From Trypethelium eluteriae (taxonomy: Eukaryota), in contig JAVECL010000236.1 in the NCBI GenBank assembly GCA_051942245.1, forward strand, positions 1-34,147: a DNA stretch of 34,147 bases. The letters run 5' to 3'. The position numbers were made by a program, and so were the translations under genes. This document shows, piece by piece, positions 21,941 to 34,147 of this stretch (positions are counted from its first letter, which is position 1; every line of letters starts with the position of its first letter). The notes below the pieces were generated by a model. That model had not been told where the DNA came from, searched no databases, and saw only the letters and a program-made list of their open reading frames with translations.

Positions 21941-23478
21941 AAGAGTAACATATGCTTGCTGGGTCTTTCGAAACGTACGGTTGAAGAACGTGGCACCACA
22001 TCTTCAATACCCACATGCAGGGAGAGCATGCAGTCTTTTCACTAGACCAGCGATATCGAGTCTTACATCGCTTATGCTATTCCAACAAGCATGAAATCAA
22101 GTTTATGAATATCCCACCATCTAACTCGCATCCGATACTTATCGAAGGGGTATATCTTGTGATTCCTGAAATTGTTGTATTTTTCTTTCCTCCACTCTAG
22201 AGAGGATCTTTAGACTCCTTTCCTGGCAAGTCTCCATTTTATAGCCTTGCGGTCATGTAAAAATCATGGAAACTTTTTCTCTCCCCCATCGCAGTAAGCT
22301 ACTTGGGAAAGCGGCATGTTTGAAAGCAGTCTGCGCGGCGGTAGCGAGATTCGTCCGAAAATGGATCTGAGGTGACTCGCACACCTCCTGAGCAACCAAT
22401 GGGGTTCTAGAAGATCACATGAAAATGAGGTATCAGTCCCTTCGAAAAATTTCCGAATTATCGAGCTTTCAAGCCAGCTTGGAGCACCGATCTCTTCATG
22501 ACGTGGGAAGTCACAGCGACAGCCGTAGGGCTCCGAACGAATCCATTTCTGCGTACATGCTTGCATATGCCTTGGACATGACTTCTGCATTCTCAACAAA
22601 GACTCATAGGTTCTAGCGTCTTCGTTATACGAGCATACTTTCCGCTTTGCCTGTTCGCTAATAGTTGGTCTTTGCAGCAACCACACGCATGTGGCTTCCC
22701 CCATGCGCCACCTATCACACTATTCCTACCACACTATTCCCTTCGTTGAGATTGGACATCATCATTACAGGAACTAGGAAAATGTCGCGGACGACTTCGA
22801 TGCGGCCTACTCCTCAGAGAACTCACATGCGCTGTTCATAGCTTCTCACCTCTGGTCAAAATTCGTCGAGAACAACACAGTCGCACTTGTATTCGCTGCC
22901 TTCCGAAACTCGATGGAGCACATCAGTTTGTGCTACGTTCCGCGCGGACGGCGCTCCTCGTATTGTACAACTGTTTTGGACCAGGGGTTTGGAGGTCGAG
23001 CACTCTTGAATTGGATAGGTGTGCTGGATACAGGAGAATGCAGATTGTTCGAACATGATTCGCAGAACGAAGTTGCTGGTTAGCGATGGGTTCCCAGAGG
23101 GCCGGTTCCTGAAAAACAGCCTGATAATAACGCCTCATCCGTCATGAACTTCATTCAAGCGTGCAAAACATTAAGACAGGCTAGCTTTTCCCCGCTGTCT
23201 TGGTTGCGATGAGGCGGGCGCGTTGGGAAATAGATCGTTATTTTGAGGACCTGGAAAATATTGAGAAGACATCTATATCTTCCGACTTGTAGAGCTAAAG
23301 AGAACACAACTGTTTCTTGAGCTGCTTAAGACTCTCCCAGGCGCGAGCACAGGACGAATCTGGCAGACCTGCATTTTGTACAGAACTTGCAAGAAAATAG
23401 GTCTCAAACCACGATATAATACATCGCTATGCTGAGCAAAGGCGTCCCAAGTGGTCCACGCCCATTCAACTTTACCCT

Positions 23479-23891
23479 TCATGGCCGTATAACCCTTATC
23501 CCTTCTTTCGATGGTGACGTCGCGCGTTTGAACGACTGTACAAGATAATTTTAGTTTTCCACTACCATGCAACAATCTAATATATGATAATCTTACGCTG
23601 TCACATTCTTCCCAGGCCCTTCCAGCTCCGAAACCAAGCCCCGTCCAAACAGGCCATGCTCTTCGTCTAAACAACAATACGGAGAAGACAACACCGAATC
23701 CCACGCCGAGCGAAGAGCGGATAACCATTGAGGATATGCAGTGATCCCACTGAAGGGTGTAAGATGTCAGTCCAATCTCAATGATGGTTCGGAGGAAGTC
23801 AACTAACTTTTTCATTCAGTAAAGCTTCACTCATTGGGCGACTCGAGGGTGATGGACGCGCCGGAGGAGGAGAAGAAGTCTGGTCGGCCAT
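23479..23891 (-). CDS. MIC10: MICOS complex subunit Mic10 (DUF543); 3 exons (23891-23808, 23749-23597, 23535-23479)
   Basis: Spliced SEALLNEK-WDHCISSMVIRSSLGVGFGVVFSVLLFRRRAWPVWTGLGFGAGRAWEECD. Two GxGxG TM motifs flank a basic RRR loop. Confidence 0.92.
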
Positions 23892-24166
23892 CCTTGAACC
23901 GTTTAGGCGTGTCTGGACAGTCAATGCGTAGGAAGCTCGACTGTAGCCGAAGTTGAGAATTTGGCGTTGTCGTTACAGAGTACTCCATATAGGAGCCAGG
24001 TCCGCAGGTCCGCGATTTTGCAAGAGGAGCTTGGACCATAAATTTTTTTACTACACCCATCCACCTTGTATCCCAAAATTCCAAAATTCTAAGTTAACAA
24101 GACAGCCTGCGATTGAGTTACCCGTCATGATACGGTCTGATACCTTCATAGCACGTATATACGAAT

Positions 24167-27100
24167 ATGGAAAACGAACAGCCTCAGCCGATCAAAAGCA
24201 CGCTCGATTCGCAACAACACCAATTTTCCTTGCAAAAGCTCAACACTCTTGAGAACGAAAATGAGGACTTCCAGAGTAGGCTAGCTCGAATAGCAGCAGC
24301 TACAAGACTTCCGTACTCGATCTTAGAGACTGACAGTCCTGGTTCTGTTGAGCTTGTGTCACACCAGCGCCACTATGCAAGACTGGAATGGGTCCTGCGG
24401 TGGTTACTCGATAAACTTCAATCTCAGGAAGCCGTCGGATCTGAGTAAGTACAATTCTACACCCATACGTCGTCAGCAAAGACTAATACCTCGTATCAGA
24501 GCTAGCGCTAGCCCACAAGTATGGAGATGCCTTCGGACTCTTTGCCAATGCCTGCCGAGATCAAGAATAGTACACCAGCTCATCTCTTACAATATCCTCT
24601 CTGCTCTGGAGAAGTCACTGAGCCAAACGTGTTCGATGCTTGACAATCTCCAGAAAGACCATGGTTCTGAGGATCGTGAGGACAGAACGCACCTAGGCAA
24701 GAGAAAAAGGACCGAAAGTATTGATGGAGATACAGGGCCAGTCTTGCAATCAGCCGTGCAGAAACCAGTTGAAGTGTTCCTAGCTATAGTAGGATTCCTG
24801 GAGTCCTTCAATGTTCTTTTCCAAGATGACAGTAGTAATGGAGCTCCGCCTGTCCATGAACAAATCAAGTCTGTCGTACGAGGTATAGATTTCCAAGCGT
24901 CTGACTTGCTTCGGAACTGGCTACAATGCGTGAACGCTGTTGTTCAAAACGCAGCAATTTCTTTACCAATATGGCGCGAAGATGCTCAGTGGCATTGGAT
25001 CCGACCAATCCTTCCAATTTGGGAATGTCAGAAATCTAATGCATCGACGGTGAGATGAGTTTCGATCTTCTATCTATGGAAGCTGACTTCATAGGCTCTC
25101 TTCTGCAAGACATGTCTCGTGCCCGCCTCGGTGTTGCTTGTGACGCTCGGAAGGGAACTCGAGAATAGAATCAGCTTCCACCCAACTTCCATCGGCGCGA
25201 CGCCCAAGTACTTTACAACAACGGACGTTGACACACTCAAAGCCACTTTGGTCAATCTTGAACAGTTACTTGCAAAGCATGTATTTCGACCGATGCATGC
25301 TCGGATAGCTACGCCAGTCTCTAAAGTATCGCATGCGAAGGGTTTACCCATGTCCACTGTGGACTCTGAGTCAGATGAGAGCAAATTGAAACGCAGTATT
25401 GAGCGGCTTGATTTGATGCTTGCCCCGCTTCTCGAAGCTTCAGGACAAGCCTCTCCTAACAGTCTCAATTCTGAATTCGTCCGGCAAGCGATCCCACGCC
25501 TACTCGACATAGGTGTAAGATCTTTTAGGCCTATCCGCTCCACTAAGTCCGATGCGCTGTGGCCGGAGGCAGTATTTACAGCCCTAGGTCATTGCATAGG
25601 CGTTCTCACTTCGGAAGAAGGCACCTCTGGTTTCCAGGCCGATTCGGTCTCCCTCATGATAACCATGCTGCAAACACTTAGCAATAGGAGCATGATACTA
25701 ACAACTAATACCCTCGCGAAAATCGTTGAACGATACTCCAACTTACTCGGAAGCGAATCCAATGTGGATGATGTACAAACTCCTATCCATTGGGATCTTG
25801 TTGCCACTGTCCTTCATCAGGATGCTGATGTTTTCCTCCCCGTTGAAAGCGTCCAGTGTAAGCTCTTAGCTACCCAACGGGAAATACCAGAGGCTTTGCT
25901 GGACCATTTGTCAAAACTTGGAGATACAGTAGAGGAGGTCGGTAGTACGGATACGTCTGAGGTTGGACTCAAAGGAAAACGTTCCGAAATTGTAGACAAC
26001 GTCGTATCCCCGTTCCTACGTGCGTATGCTCAAAGGCGCATGCTGGATAAGTTCTTGCAAGCTCTACCTCGCCTTGTCCAAGGTTCGTACTCTTCGCTTG
26101 GTGTAGCATATTTAACAGAAGGTGAAAGTGAGAACTTCGACGGTTGGCTTCTATGGGAGGATACTCGTGTCGCTGCGGCCCTGAGGCCGTTGGTCGAAAA
26201 TCACTTGAGTCCAAACCAGGTATCTAGGCTTATCGACAGATTTCTAGAGCTGATGCTGGTCGTAATAAAAGATAACGAGGACAAGGCAAGTGATACGATC
26301 GGCGAGCTAGAGATAACTTCGAGCGTATCTACTGGGCTTTTGTTGATCAAGTTAATTATTGAGGCACTCGAGAGCAATGATTACCAAGATCAGCTTCTGA
26401 GTCAATTTTCTTTGATACAGTCAAATCTTCTAAAACTTCTGCAAATTCAGAATATCAAGAAATTGAAAGCTCGCTGGCTCACCTGGCGTATCTTGTCTCA
26501 TACATCACCAATCCTTTTCCGCGCCAGAAGTCCTTCTGTGCAAGAGCAATTTGGCGCTGATGCTACGGAAGCCACTTCTGTCCAGCTTGCCATCAGTGAA
26601 TGCTCTGTTAATGGTGAAAGGAACCATAATCACACAGTGGCATACGAGGCCTTGTCTTTTTTGGCATGTTTACTTCAGGAAGAGGTAGTCAGTCAACGCC
26701 ATATCCAAGAACTAGAGAGCTGTCTTAGTCTAGCAGCAGACTTTGCCACCAACTCTTTCTCCTCCGCGGATGACAATGCCCACGCACCTCAAATTCAGTG
26801 GAGTGGACAACCGCAAAGTATTCGAAATCCACAGCAGCTAGCTCTTGCATTTTCTTGCGTGTTGGCAAAGTATCCAGCAGCTTTTCAGTAAGTTTGTTTC
26901 CGCTAGTTTGGCAAGGCATTGAGACTCTAATACCTTTAAGACTCGTCCGCCCGTCCAGCAGGCAGGCCTTAGTGCAACAGCTCTACAACGCAATACCGGT
27001 TTCTGAGCGGGACCGGTCGGAAGATGGAAAGACAGGAGTGAATCTCAGTATGATCTGGCGTAGCTTAGAGAAATATGCTATCCACTCCGCCCCGCACACA

Positions 27101-29400
27101 ATCAGAGGTACGCATTACAATCTACCAAAGGCAGTAGCTATAGGAATCACTAAAGAAGATTTGAACAGAGGAATTTCTTGACGTCTTGGGTTCCCATGCC
27201 CGTTCCAATCCGTCTCAAGAATCAGACAACTCCATGGATGCGCATAAAGCTCTTGCAGCTACAAAAGACCACCAAAGGATACCGCTTCTCGTGCTCAAGC
27301 GAGGCCGACGAGAGCAACTATTGAATCTTGTCTCTAAACAGCTTTTACAAAGACCCGAAAATGACTCCGCTGATCCAAGAACTCATGAATACTTAGCTTT
27401 TATGCTGCGATTGATGCAGATCCCAAATGCAACTGCTGACCTTGTAAGTATCTTACTGACAATAGCAAATGAGTTGTCCTGACCCCAGCAGAGCACTGAC
27501 TACATGACATTATGGGGAATTGCCGATATGATAGACCGATATCAAGATGTAGGTCAATCTGCATATAACAATATCCTCGATGAGTTGGAGGAACTCGGGA
27601 GGCTTGTACTCAGGTGAGTTTCCCCGTGGTCTTTAGTACGGTGGGGGCGCAGCTAAAAAGTACAGCCATCATTTATCGACTATCGAACAAAATCGTAGTC
27701 GGCAATACCTCACAGATAGCCATCGCCATGCGGTGGAGCTTTTGAAAGACAAGATGACTACCTCGTTCAAGCTCGGCACTCAGAGGCTCTTGAGCGTGTC
27801 TTTTACAGTATGGGATGATCCCAAGTGGACTAAAGAGCTTGCGCCACCTCCAGGAGAATCACAATCTATTAGCAGAGCCTACGTTAGTATGTTGTTGGAC
27901 GTCTTTCAGACTGGACGAGCTACATCCGCTGGTCCTTTGCGTAAAGCGACGCTGAGGGCAGTGTTCCGTGCCGCACTGAAATTACCCGCCGCTATGATTG
28001 ACTCTTGCAATATCGAGGGCCCCGACAGTAAGTATTCGTACATGCCGTGCTATGTCATATTCACTGTTGTGCAGGTTCGAGTCGTTTGCCATCCCTGGAC
28101 CATGCGATTTCGGAATGGTCCGCTGAGTCCGTTGAGAAGCAGTGCGATTCAGGCACTGAGCATGATTTGCAGGCCCTTGCTTTCCAATGCCTTGCGAAGC
28201 ATAAATCCAGTCGATCAAGAGATATCGCTGGTGAAGATGACCTGGATATTGGCAACGTCAAAAATGCTCTTGCATTGCTCAGGAACAGTAAGTGTGTCCT
28301 ATCCTTCGGGGTCAAACATAGACTGAATAAGACTAGATTCGGGGGTTCACGACCGTCTACACATTCTTGATGCTTTCAAAGTTTGGCTCGAACGCCTTGA
28401 CATACAGCAGAAATACAAGGTATTGCAAGAGCTGCATGTGCCACGCGATGGGCCGTTAAGCAATCAGTCGTCTCTTCTCCCAGTATTCATCAAGTCTCTG
28501 GAGCGTACGTATTACACTTCATGTTAGGATCTAAGGTCGATGGCTAACGGTTGCAGTCGATAAAGAAGGCAGTTCTCAGTTAGCAATCGAATCTCAGGCT
28601 CTACTTCCTCTTTCGTGTGCTAGTCTCATGAAGGTGAAGGATGTGCAGACCTTTTCTGAGCTATCAGATTGCATTCTTATGATGCTGCGAGAAAAGGTAA
28701 GCCTACTCTCGAGCGTGGAGAGACAATCTACTAACCAACTTAGCGCTGGCTTGTTTCTCAGTACGGTCTTGATACATTGATCTCTACCCTGATTGCGTTC
28801 GTTGCCCCTGCTGGGCCACCGCTCCCCGCAGAATCAGGCCGACTTGTCTACCGCCGTCTTTGTGACATGGTGCAGGCTGCCATCAACCGACATCGCGCAA
28901 AATTTGGCGGACGCTTCCATCTCCTATTACCCTTGCTCAGTGCCCTACTTGCCGCTCTCTTCATTCCGGATATCCGCTCTTACTCGTCTTACATGCGTAA
29001 GCCGGCTTGGCTTACTCACGGCACGACGGCTTTGGGCGGAGAGGAAGGTGCAGCCTTTGCGAGTGTTCTGACGTCGCTGTGCGATCCGACTGTGTCTTCG
29101 GTCACAACGCGCAAGAGTCAACGTGAGCATAGGGGGCTTGTGGACGAGACTCGTAAAGCACGCGCATATGCGGGACAGTATATGCAGGGCGTGCTGATGG
29201 AATTTTGTCGAGCCCAGCTGAGGGGCAGGCTACAACCACAAGTGCGGAGGAGATTGATGCCGGGGCTATATGCTACCATTGCTGTCGTGAGTGAGGATGG
29301 GCTCAGGGCGATGAACGCGTCCATGGACTCTAGTACAAGGGCCCTGTGGAAGAGCCTGTATGATGATTGGAGGCGGTTCGGCGTTTCTAGAGAGCAATAG
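24167..29400 (+). CDS. URB2: Nucleolar pre-ribosome biogenesis factor Urb2/Npa2; 11 exons (introns 24445-24499, 25050-25094, 26888-26940, 27108-27168, 27444-27491, 27614-27665, 28028-28074, 28288-28336, 28505-28556, 28697-28743)
   Basis: Ten canonical introns join the ORF pieces in frame. N-terminal EWVLRWLLDKL. C-terminal Urb2 domain HRAKFGGRFHLL...LMPGLYA...MNASMDSSTRALWKSLYDDWRRFG. Confidence 0.85.
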
Positions 29401-30421
29401 GCTTGTTCCACCGAAGACATGAGAGAAGTGCTCAAATAATCCATCAGCTAAGGATCTACCGGACTCCGAATGGAAAACATTGAGTTTGCAAATTCGACCA
29501 TGGCTGACCAAGTTATTCGTCCATGGAATTTTGAACGCAAAGGATGCGCTAATGGTATGACGCAATTGGTGGAGCGAATGCCCCGCTGCCCCACTTGCCC
29601 CGCCCAACCGTCAGGGACAAAGGAGGTGGCCGATACTCCAGTCAATAATGATCAAGAAAGAGTTATCAATGGGACTCTGAGTCGGGTATATGCAATCAGG
29701 GATGGCTCAATGAGCGTTTGGTAGCTACCCTCGGGGTAACAATCGTCGCGGTCGCTCGAGGGTGCTGCACCTCCATGCCTTCAGGAGATTCCCAGGCAAT
29801 AATGGATGGGAGCTCGGAATTACGTTTGGAAAACATCGAGATCAGAGCATTTCTGTTTTACTCCAAAATAATCGGAAGATGCTCCAGTCAGTTGAAAGTC
29901 TTGAACCATATGAGATCATGATTTCATCAAGCCTCGCTGTCTCTGTTGCCTCCGACCCTAATACTTCTGAGGCTTGGTATTCCAATATGTTTACCTTCGT
30001 AGAGTATGGGGATGCCCATGGAAGACCTTTTGGATTTATGTATATAAACCTGGACGCGATCTGATAAGGATGAGGACAAAGAAGCAGAGCAAGATGAAGC
30101 CAGAGTGTCACTTCAAAAGTGTAATCGTCGTCTACAGTCTTTTCAGGATTCGGGAGGGCCCCAGTAAAACTTCCGGCCACCTCTCATGTCCTCAGAGCTT
30201 TGGCGATTTCTTCCGATATCTTCATCGCCCGAGGTCTTCCAGGATTTTCCTCAACTGATCAAATCAAGCCCTCGAATTGCTCCACCGTGCAATTCACACG
30301 TGACCTCGGTTGTATGGTATAAGACCTCGCCCTTGTACCTACCCACCAGCATCACCCACAATACTTGCGAAATCTCACACTATCCGTTTGATCACGTCTG
30401 ATCCAGCTTCTCTTGAACACA

Positions 30422-31604
30422 ATGGGTGTCAAGGACGTTCTTAAGCGCAAGGAAGGCGTCATTGTGGGGGAGGATGTGAAGAACCTTTTCAAATACGCCC
30501 AAGAACACAATTTCGCCATCCCCGCCATAAATGTCACCTCTTCTTCTACGGTAGTCGCTTCACTGGAGGCTGCTAGAGATGCGAAATCTCCCATCATTCT
30601 GCAAGCTTCCCAAGGAGGCGCTGCATACTTCGCCGGGAAGGGTGTCCCAAATGATAAGCAGCAGGCTTCAATACAAGGTGCTGCCGCCGCTGCGCACTTT
30701 GTCCGGAGCATTGCCCCTCTATATGGAATCCCTGTCGTCATGCATACCGATCATTGCGCCAAGAAGCTGTTGCCATGGCTGGATGGCATGTTGGACGCAG
30801 ATGAGGCGTACTTCAAGGAGCACGGCGAACCTCTCTTCAGCTCCCACATGATCGACCTATCAGAGGAGCCAGTGGAGTACAACATCCAAACAACCAAGAA
30901 ATATCTCACGCGAGCGGCACCTATGAAGCAGTGGCTGGAAATGGTATGTGCAGCTATCCAGGCTCAGTCGCTGAAGCTGATATCGTGGCGTAGGAAATCG
31001 GCATTACTGGCGGTGAAGAGGACGGTGTCAACAATGAATCCGTCGACAACAACTCTCTCTACACGCAGCCGGAAGACATCTACGAAATCTACAAGACCCT
31101 CTCACCCGTCAGCCCCTACTTCTCCATCGCCGCCGGTTTCGGCAACGTTCACGGCGTGTATAAGCCTGGCAATGTGAAGCTTCACCCAGAGTTGCTGCAG
31201 AAGCACCAATCATACGTCAAAGAACAGTCAGTCTGGCACGGGATGGTCCTTTTGCGCTAGACTAACGGTTGTATAGGACCAAATCATCAGACAACAAGCC
31301 CGTCTTCCTCGTTTTCCACGGTGGCTCGGGTTCATCCAAGCAGGAATACCTTGACGCCATTAGCTATGGTGTGGTTAAGGTCAATCTTGACACGGATCTT
31401 CAGTGGGCTTACCTTACGGGTATCCGGGATTACGTGCTCAACAAGAAGGATTATCTCATGTCTCAGGTCGGCAACCCAGACGGCGCTGATAAGCCTAACA
31501 AGAAATTCTATGATCCGCGTGTCTGGGTACGCGAGGGCGAGAAGACTATGAGCGCGCGTGTTACAGAAGCTCTCAAGGATTTCAATACTGCGGGTCAGAT
31601 CTAG
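30422..31604 (+). CDS. FBA1: Fructose-1,6-bisphosphate aldolase class II; 3 exons (30422-30943, 30994-31226, 31277-31604)
   Basis: FAIPAINVTSSST, HTDHCAKKLLPW, LFSSHMIDLSEE, EMEIGITGGEEDGV, FGNVHGVY, VFHGGSG and YDPRVWVREGE. Confidence 0.97.
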
Positions 31605-32908
31605 GATTGACGAATTGGAGAAGGAATTGATTCGGAAAAAGTATCAGAGGTGAGGTAATGCGAATGTTTATAACGAATTAAGTGGTTACGGAGGGCTCCA
31701 TCGGCAATGATCCCTGAACTGAAGCCGCCAATGCTCTTTTTTTTTTTTTTTGGTGTCATGTAGTATGGGCAGGCTATAGGCAGCATCCATGCTCTTGCAC
31801 ACGCACCAGTGTCACTAAACGAAACTGCCGGCCTCTTATATCAATAAACACTATTGTCTGACAGCGTCCGATGGTTGTTCCACTAGTTATAACACTCAGT
31901 AACTTTCGCCCTACACCTGTCGACTTAGATTACTGACCACCCTCGCCCGATGCATGTCTCGACGCACTTACGCCCGGCATCTGAGGGGTAGGACAATACT
32001 CGTGGGGATGATGGGAGTTATCGAATGAATTGTAGTCCGGAGGTGGCAGTGGAACTTCGGGCCGGAGAACCTGTGCAGCACGAAAGAGCCAGGAAAGTCT
32101 TCGGGGTTTTGTGTGGATGAGGTTTTGGGAAAAATGCTGCGTGCTTTCCGAACCTGTCGCCTACGACTAAGCCAAGTTTGGTCTGGCGGCTACTGCTGGA
32201 CGCTGCCTTGTGTGCTACTTGAGCCTCAGACGGCAAGGCATACACTACTGATGAACTGATGGCCGTTTCGCCGACACTTATTGGTGGACGGTACATGACA
32301 GAGCCTCATCGTGCCTTCCCAACTGTCGTATCACCATCGTGCGTCTGCATCTGCCTTAGCTACGCAAGCAACTATCTCTTATCTGGCCATTCTCTGGCTT
32401 TGGTATCAAAGCCACCGCCGATCGATGCAGAGCTCTCCCGCCTGCATCTTCATGGCTTACACCGGCGATGCAGGCCCTCAGAGGCTTGGGCGACGAGGAA
32501 ACGTCGGCTAGAACGAGCGTTGTCTCCACTAGGATAGCGAACCAGCACTGAGAAAACTAATATCTAGCGGGTCGCCTTGCATGGACCGTGACAATTCACT
32601 TTTTCTGGGCATAGGCTCGCAGTCTGCGAGGATGCGGCTCAGTTGTTTGAGGCTCTTGTGCAGTAAGAAAAAGGCCCACTACGCGCCTCACGGCGCAGCC
32701 TGTCCTTTAATTCCATTCGTTTTCGTTCGAGTCCTTACCGTTAGCAGTCAATTCTCCAGGTGTGAGAGCTACTAGGCTGTAGCATCGTATCGTTTCCTCC
32801 TTCTGTCTCATCACGTTGTCAAATGAACTAGTCGCCCCTTCTTTCAGGTCTGGATTATCTACTTCGTCCACTCTAGGATAATAGGAATGGTCTTCGTCTT
32901 TTCTACGT

Positions 32909-34147
32909 ATGCCAATTTTCCTCGACCGGTTACCATTTGACATTGTTTTTCGTATTGCTTTCTTTCTCGACATTGAGGAGCTTGGTTGCCTGGGAGCCAC
33001 ATGCAGGCACTTCAGCCTTGTCGTGAGGGGGGAGGCTGTATGCCGTCAGGCAGTCGAGGTATGCCTGAGACCCACCAAGGAGACGGCGCTAAAGAAGAAT
33101 TTAGAAGTATGCAGCTTTTTCTTTGGAAGCGATAGATGCCCGACGGAGACATCATGAATACTGCTGGGCGTTTCATCGGTTGCTGCAGAGGCGAATTGCT
33201 TTTGCAACGGTCCAGCCCAAATTTTTTGGAGTAATTACACGCACGTCAGCTTCGGAGTTCATATATGTGAACGGAATGCTCTGCTACATGCAAGGGCTTG
33301 AAATCCGGCTTTTGAATATTCACGAAGCCTCCGCCTCTGAGACTGTGGTATCAATACCACAAGTGCTAAATCGGGCAAAACTTGACTTGGACGGCACTAA
33401 TACTCACGTGACTCTGTTGAATTACTGCGAAGAGGTACTGACGTTCTTACTGGAGGATTACCGAGATACCAGTGGCTGGCTTGTGATCATATTCATTGCA
33501 GATTATAAAAGACGCCTCATCACACAAAGGGTGGATTCATCATATCGAATATTTGTGATCAACGATAGCCACCATCTATGCTTTGGCACCCACTCAGAGC
33601 TTGGAAGCCATGGCCATCATGAATGGATTGTTTACAGAATCAATCTTGACTCCGAGGTTGAGCTCGATCATGGAGTCGGAGTGCAGCTCGAAAACTTGGT
33701 TGGCGGTGATATTGGCAGCAATGTAGCTTTCAGTGTCCATAATGGCTACTTCTACGCTCTATCAAACCAAACGTCCTTCGAACTTGAGGAGATTGACTAC
33801 ACTTCCTTCTATACCTGCATGCGATTTCCCCTTGAGAGGTCCTCCCAATCCGAACTCCAAGTCATCGACGACATCTACCGACGCCAGAACAGCGAAGGCG
33901 CCATCAACGACTCCTGGACCGATCTTGGCCTCCAAGTCTCCGAATCCACAAACGAACTCACCATCGTCGAGGCCCGGCGCGAATATCTGGGGAATACCAG
34001 CTCGCACCAACGCACCTACTACATGCAGCCCGTCCCGTTCCCAACCGCCACCCCAGACGCATCCGACGATGATGATCAGCCAATCCTCCCGTCATCTCCC
34101 TCCCAGGAACACCACCTCTCCACCCCTCTCGCCACCTCTTCTTCTGC
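32909..34147 (+). CDS. F-box domain protein (filamentous-ascomycete family), truncated by the window end; intron 33059-33104
   Basis: N-terminal F-box LDRLPFDIVFRIAFFLDIEELGCLGATCRHF. After the intron (GTATGC...GCTAAA...TAG) the frame is open to the end of the window (FGTHS..GHHEW, YFYALSNQTSFELEEIDYTSFY, IYRRQNSEGAINDSWTDL). Confidence 0.82.

Noticed and set aside
29470..30400. Short ORFs between URB2 and FBA1
   Set aside because: They overlap on both strands, with no motifs or convincing splice structure. Treated as intergenic/promoter sequence.
32724..32735. GTTCGAGTCC resembling a tRNA T-loop/B-box
   Set aside because: No T-stem, acceptor stem or cloverleaf can be formed around it.

Overview
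Gene-dense genomic DNA from a filamentous ascomycete (Pezizomycotina), judged from short GT-AG introns with CTRAC-type branch sites and from the gene families. Conserved housekeeping genes, in order: NUS1(-), SEC10(+), DAP2/dapB(+), RPB7(-), MPO1-like(+), ATP1(+), SPT2-like(-), RPP2(+), MIC10(-), URB2(+), FBA1(+), and an F-box gene running off the right end. Exon structures were reconstructed by hand. There are two accessory islands. (i) At about 5.7-6.9 kb, a pseudogenised gene with two C-x2-C-x12-H-x5-H zinc fingers is interrupted by a 236-bp MITE with CAC...GTG termini, 43-bp TIRs and a 5-bp TSD; removing the MITE restores the reading frame. (ii) At about 15.8-19.7 kb, between the converging 3' ends of ATP1 and SPT2, lies a decayed transposon island. 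It holds a ~76-bp tandem repeat, an inverted copy of it ~2.5 kb away, two halves of a Ty3/Gypsy integrase in opposite orientations each lying at or near a repeat copy, and AGGTCTC motif clusters. No tRNA, rRNA or CRISPR array is supported. All family assignments come from motif recognition; no database search was run.
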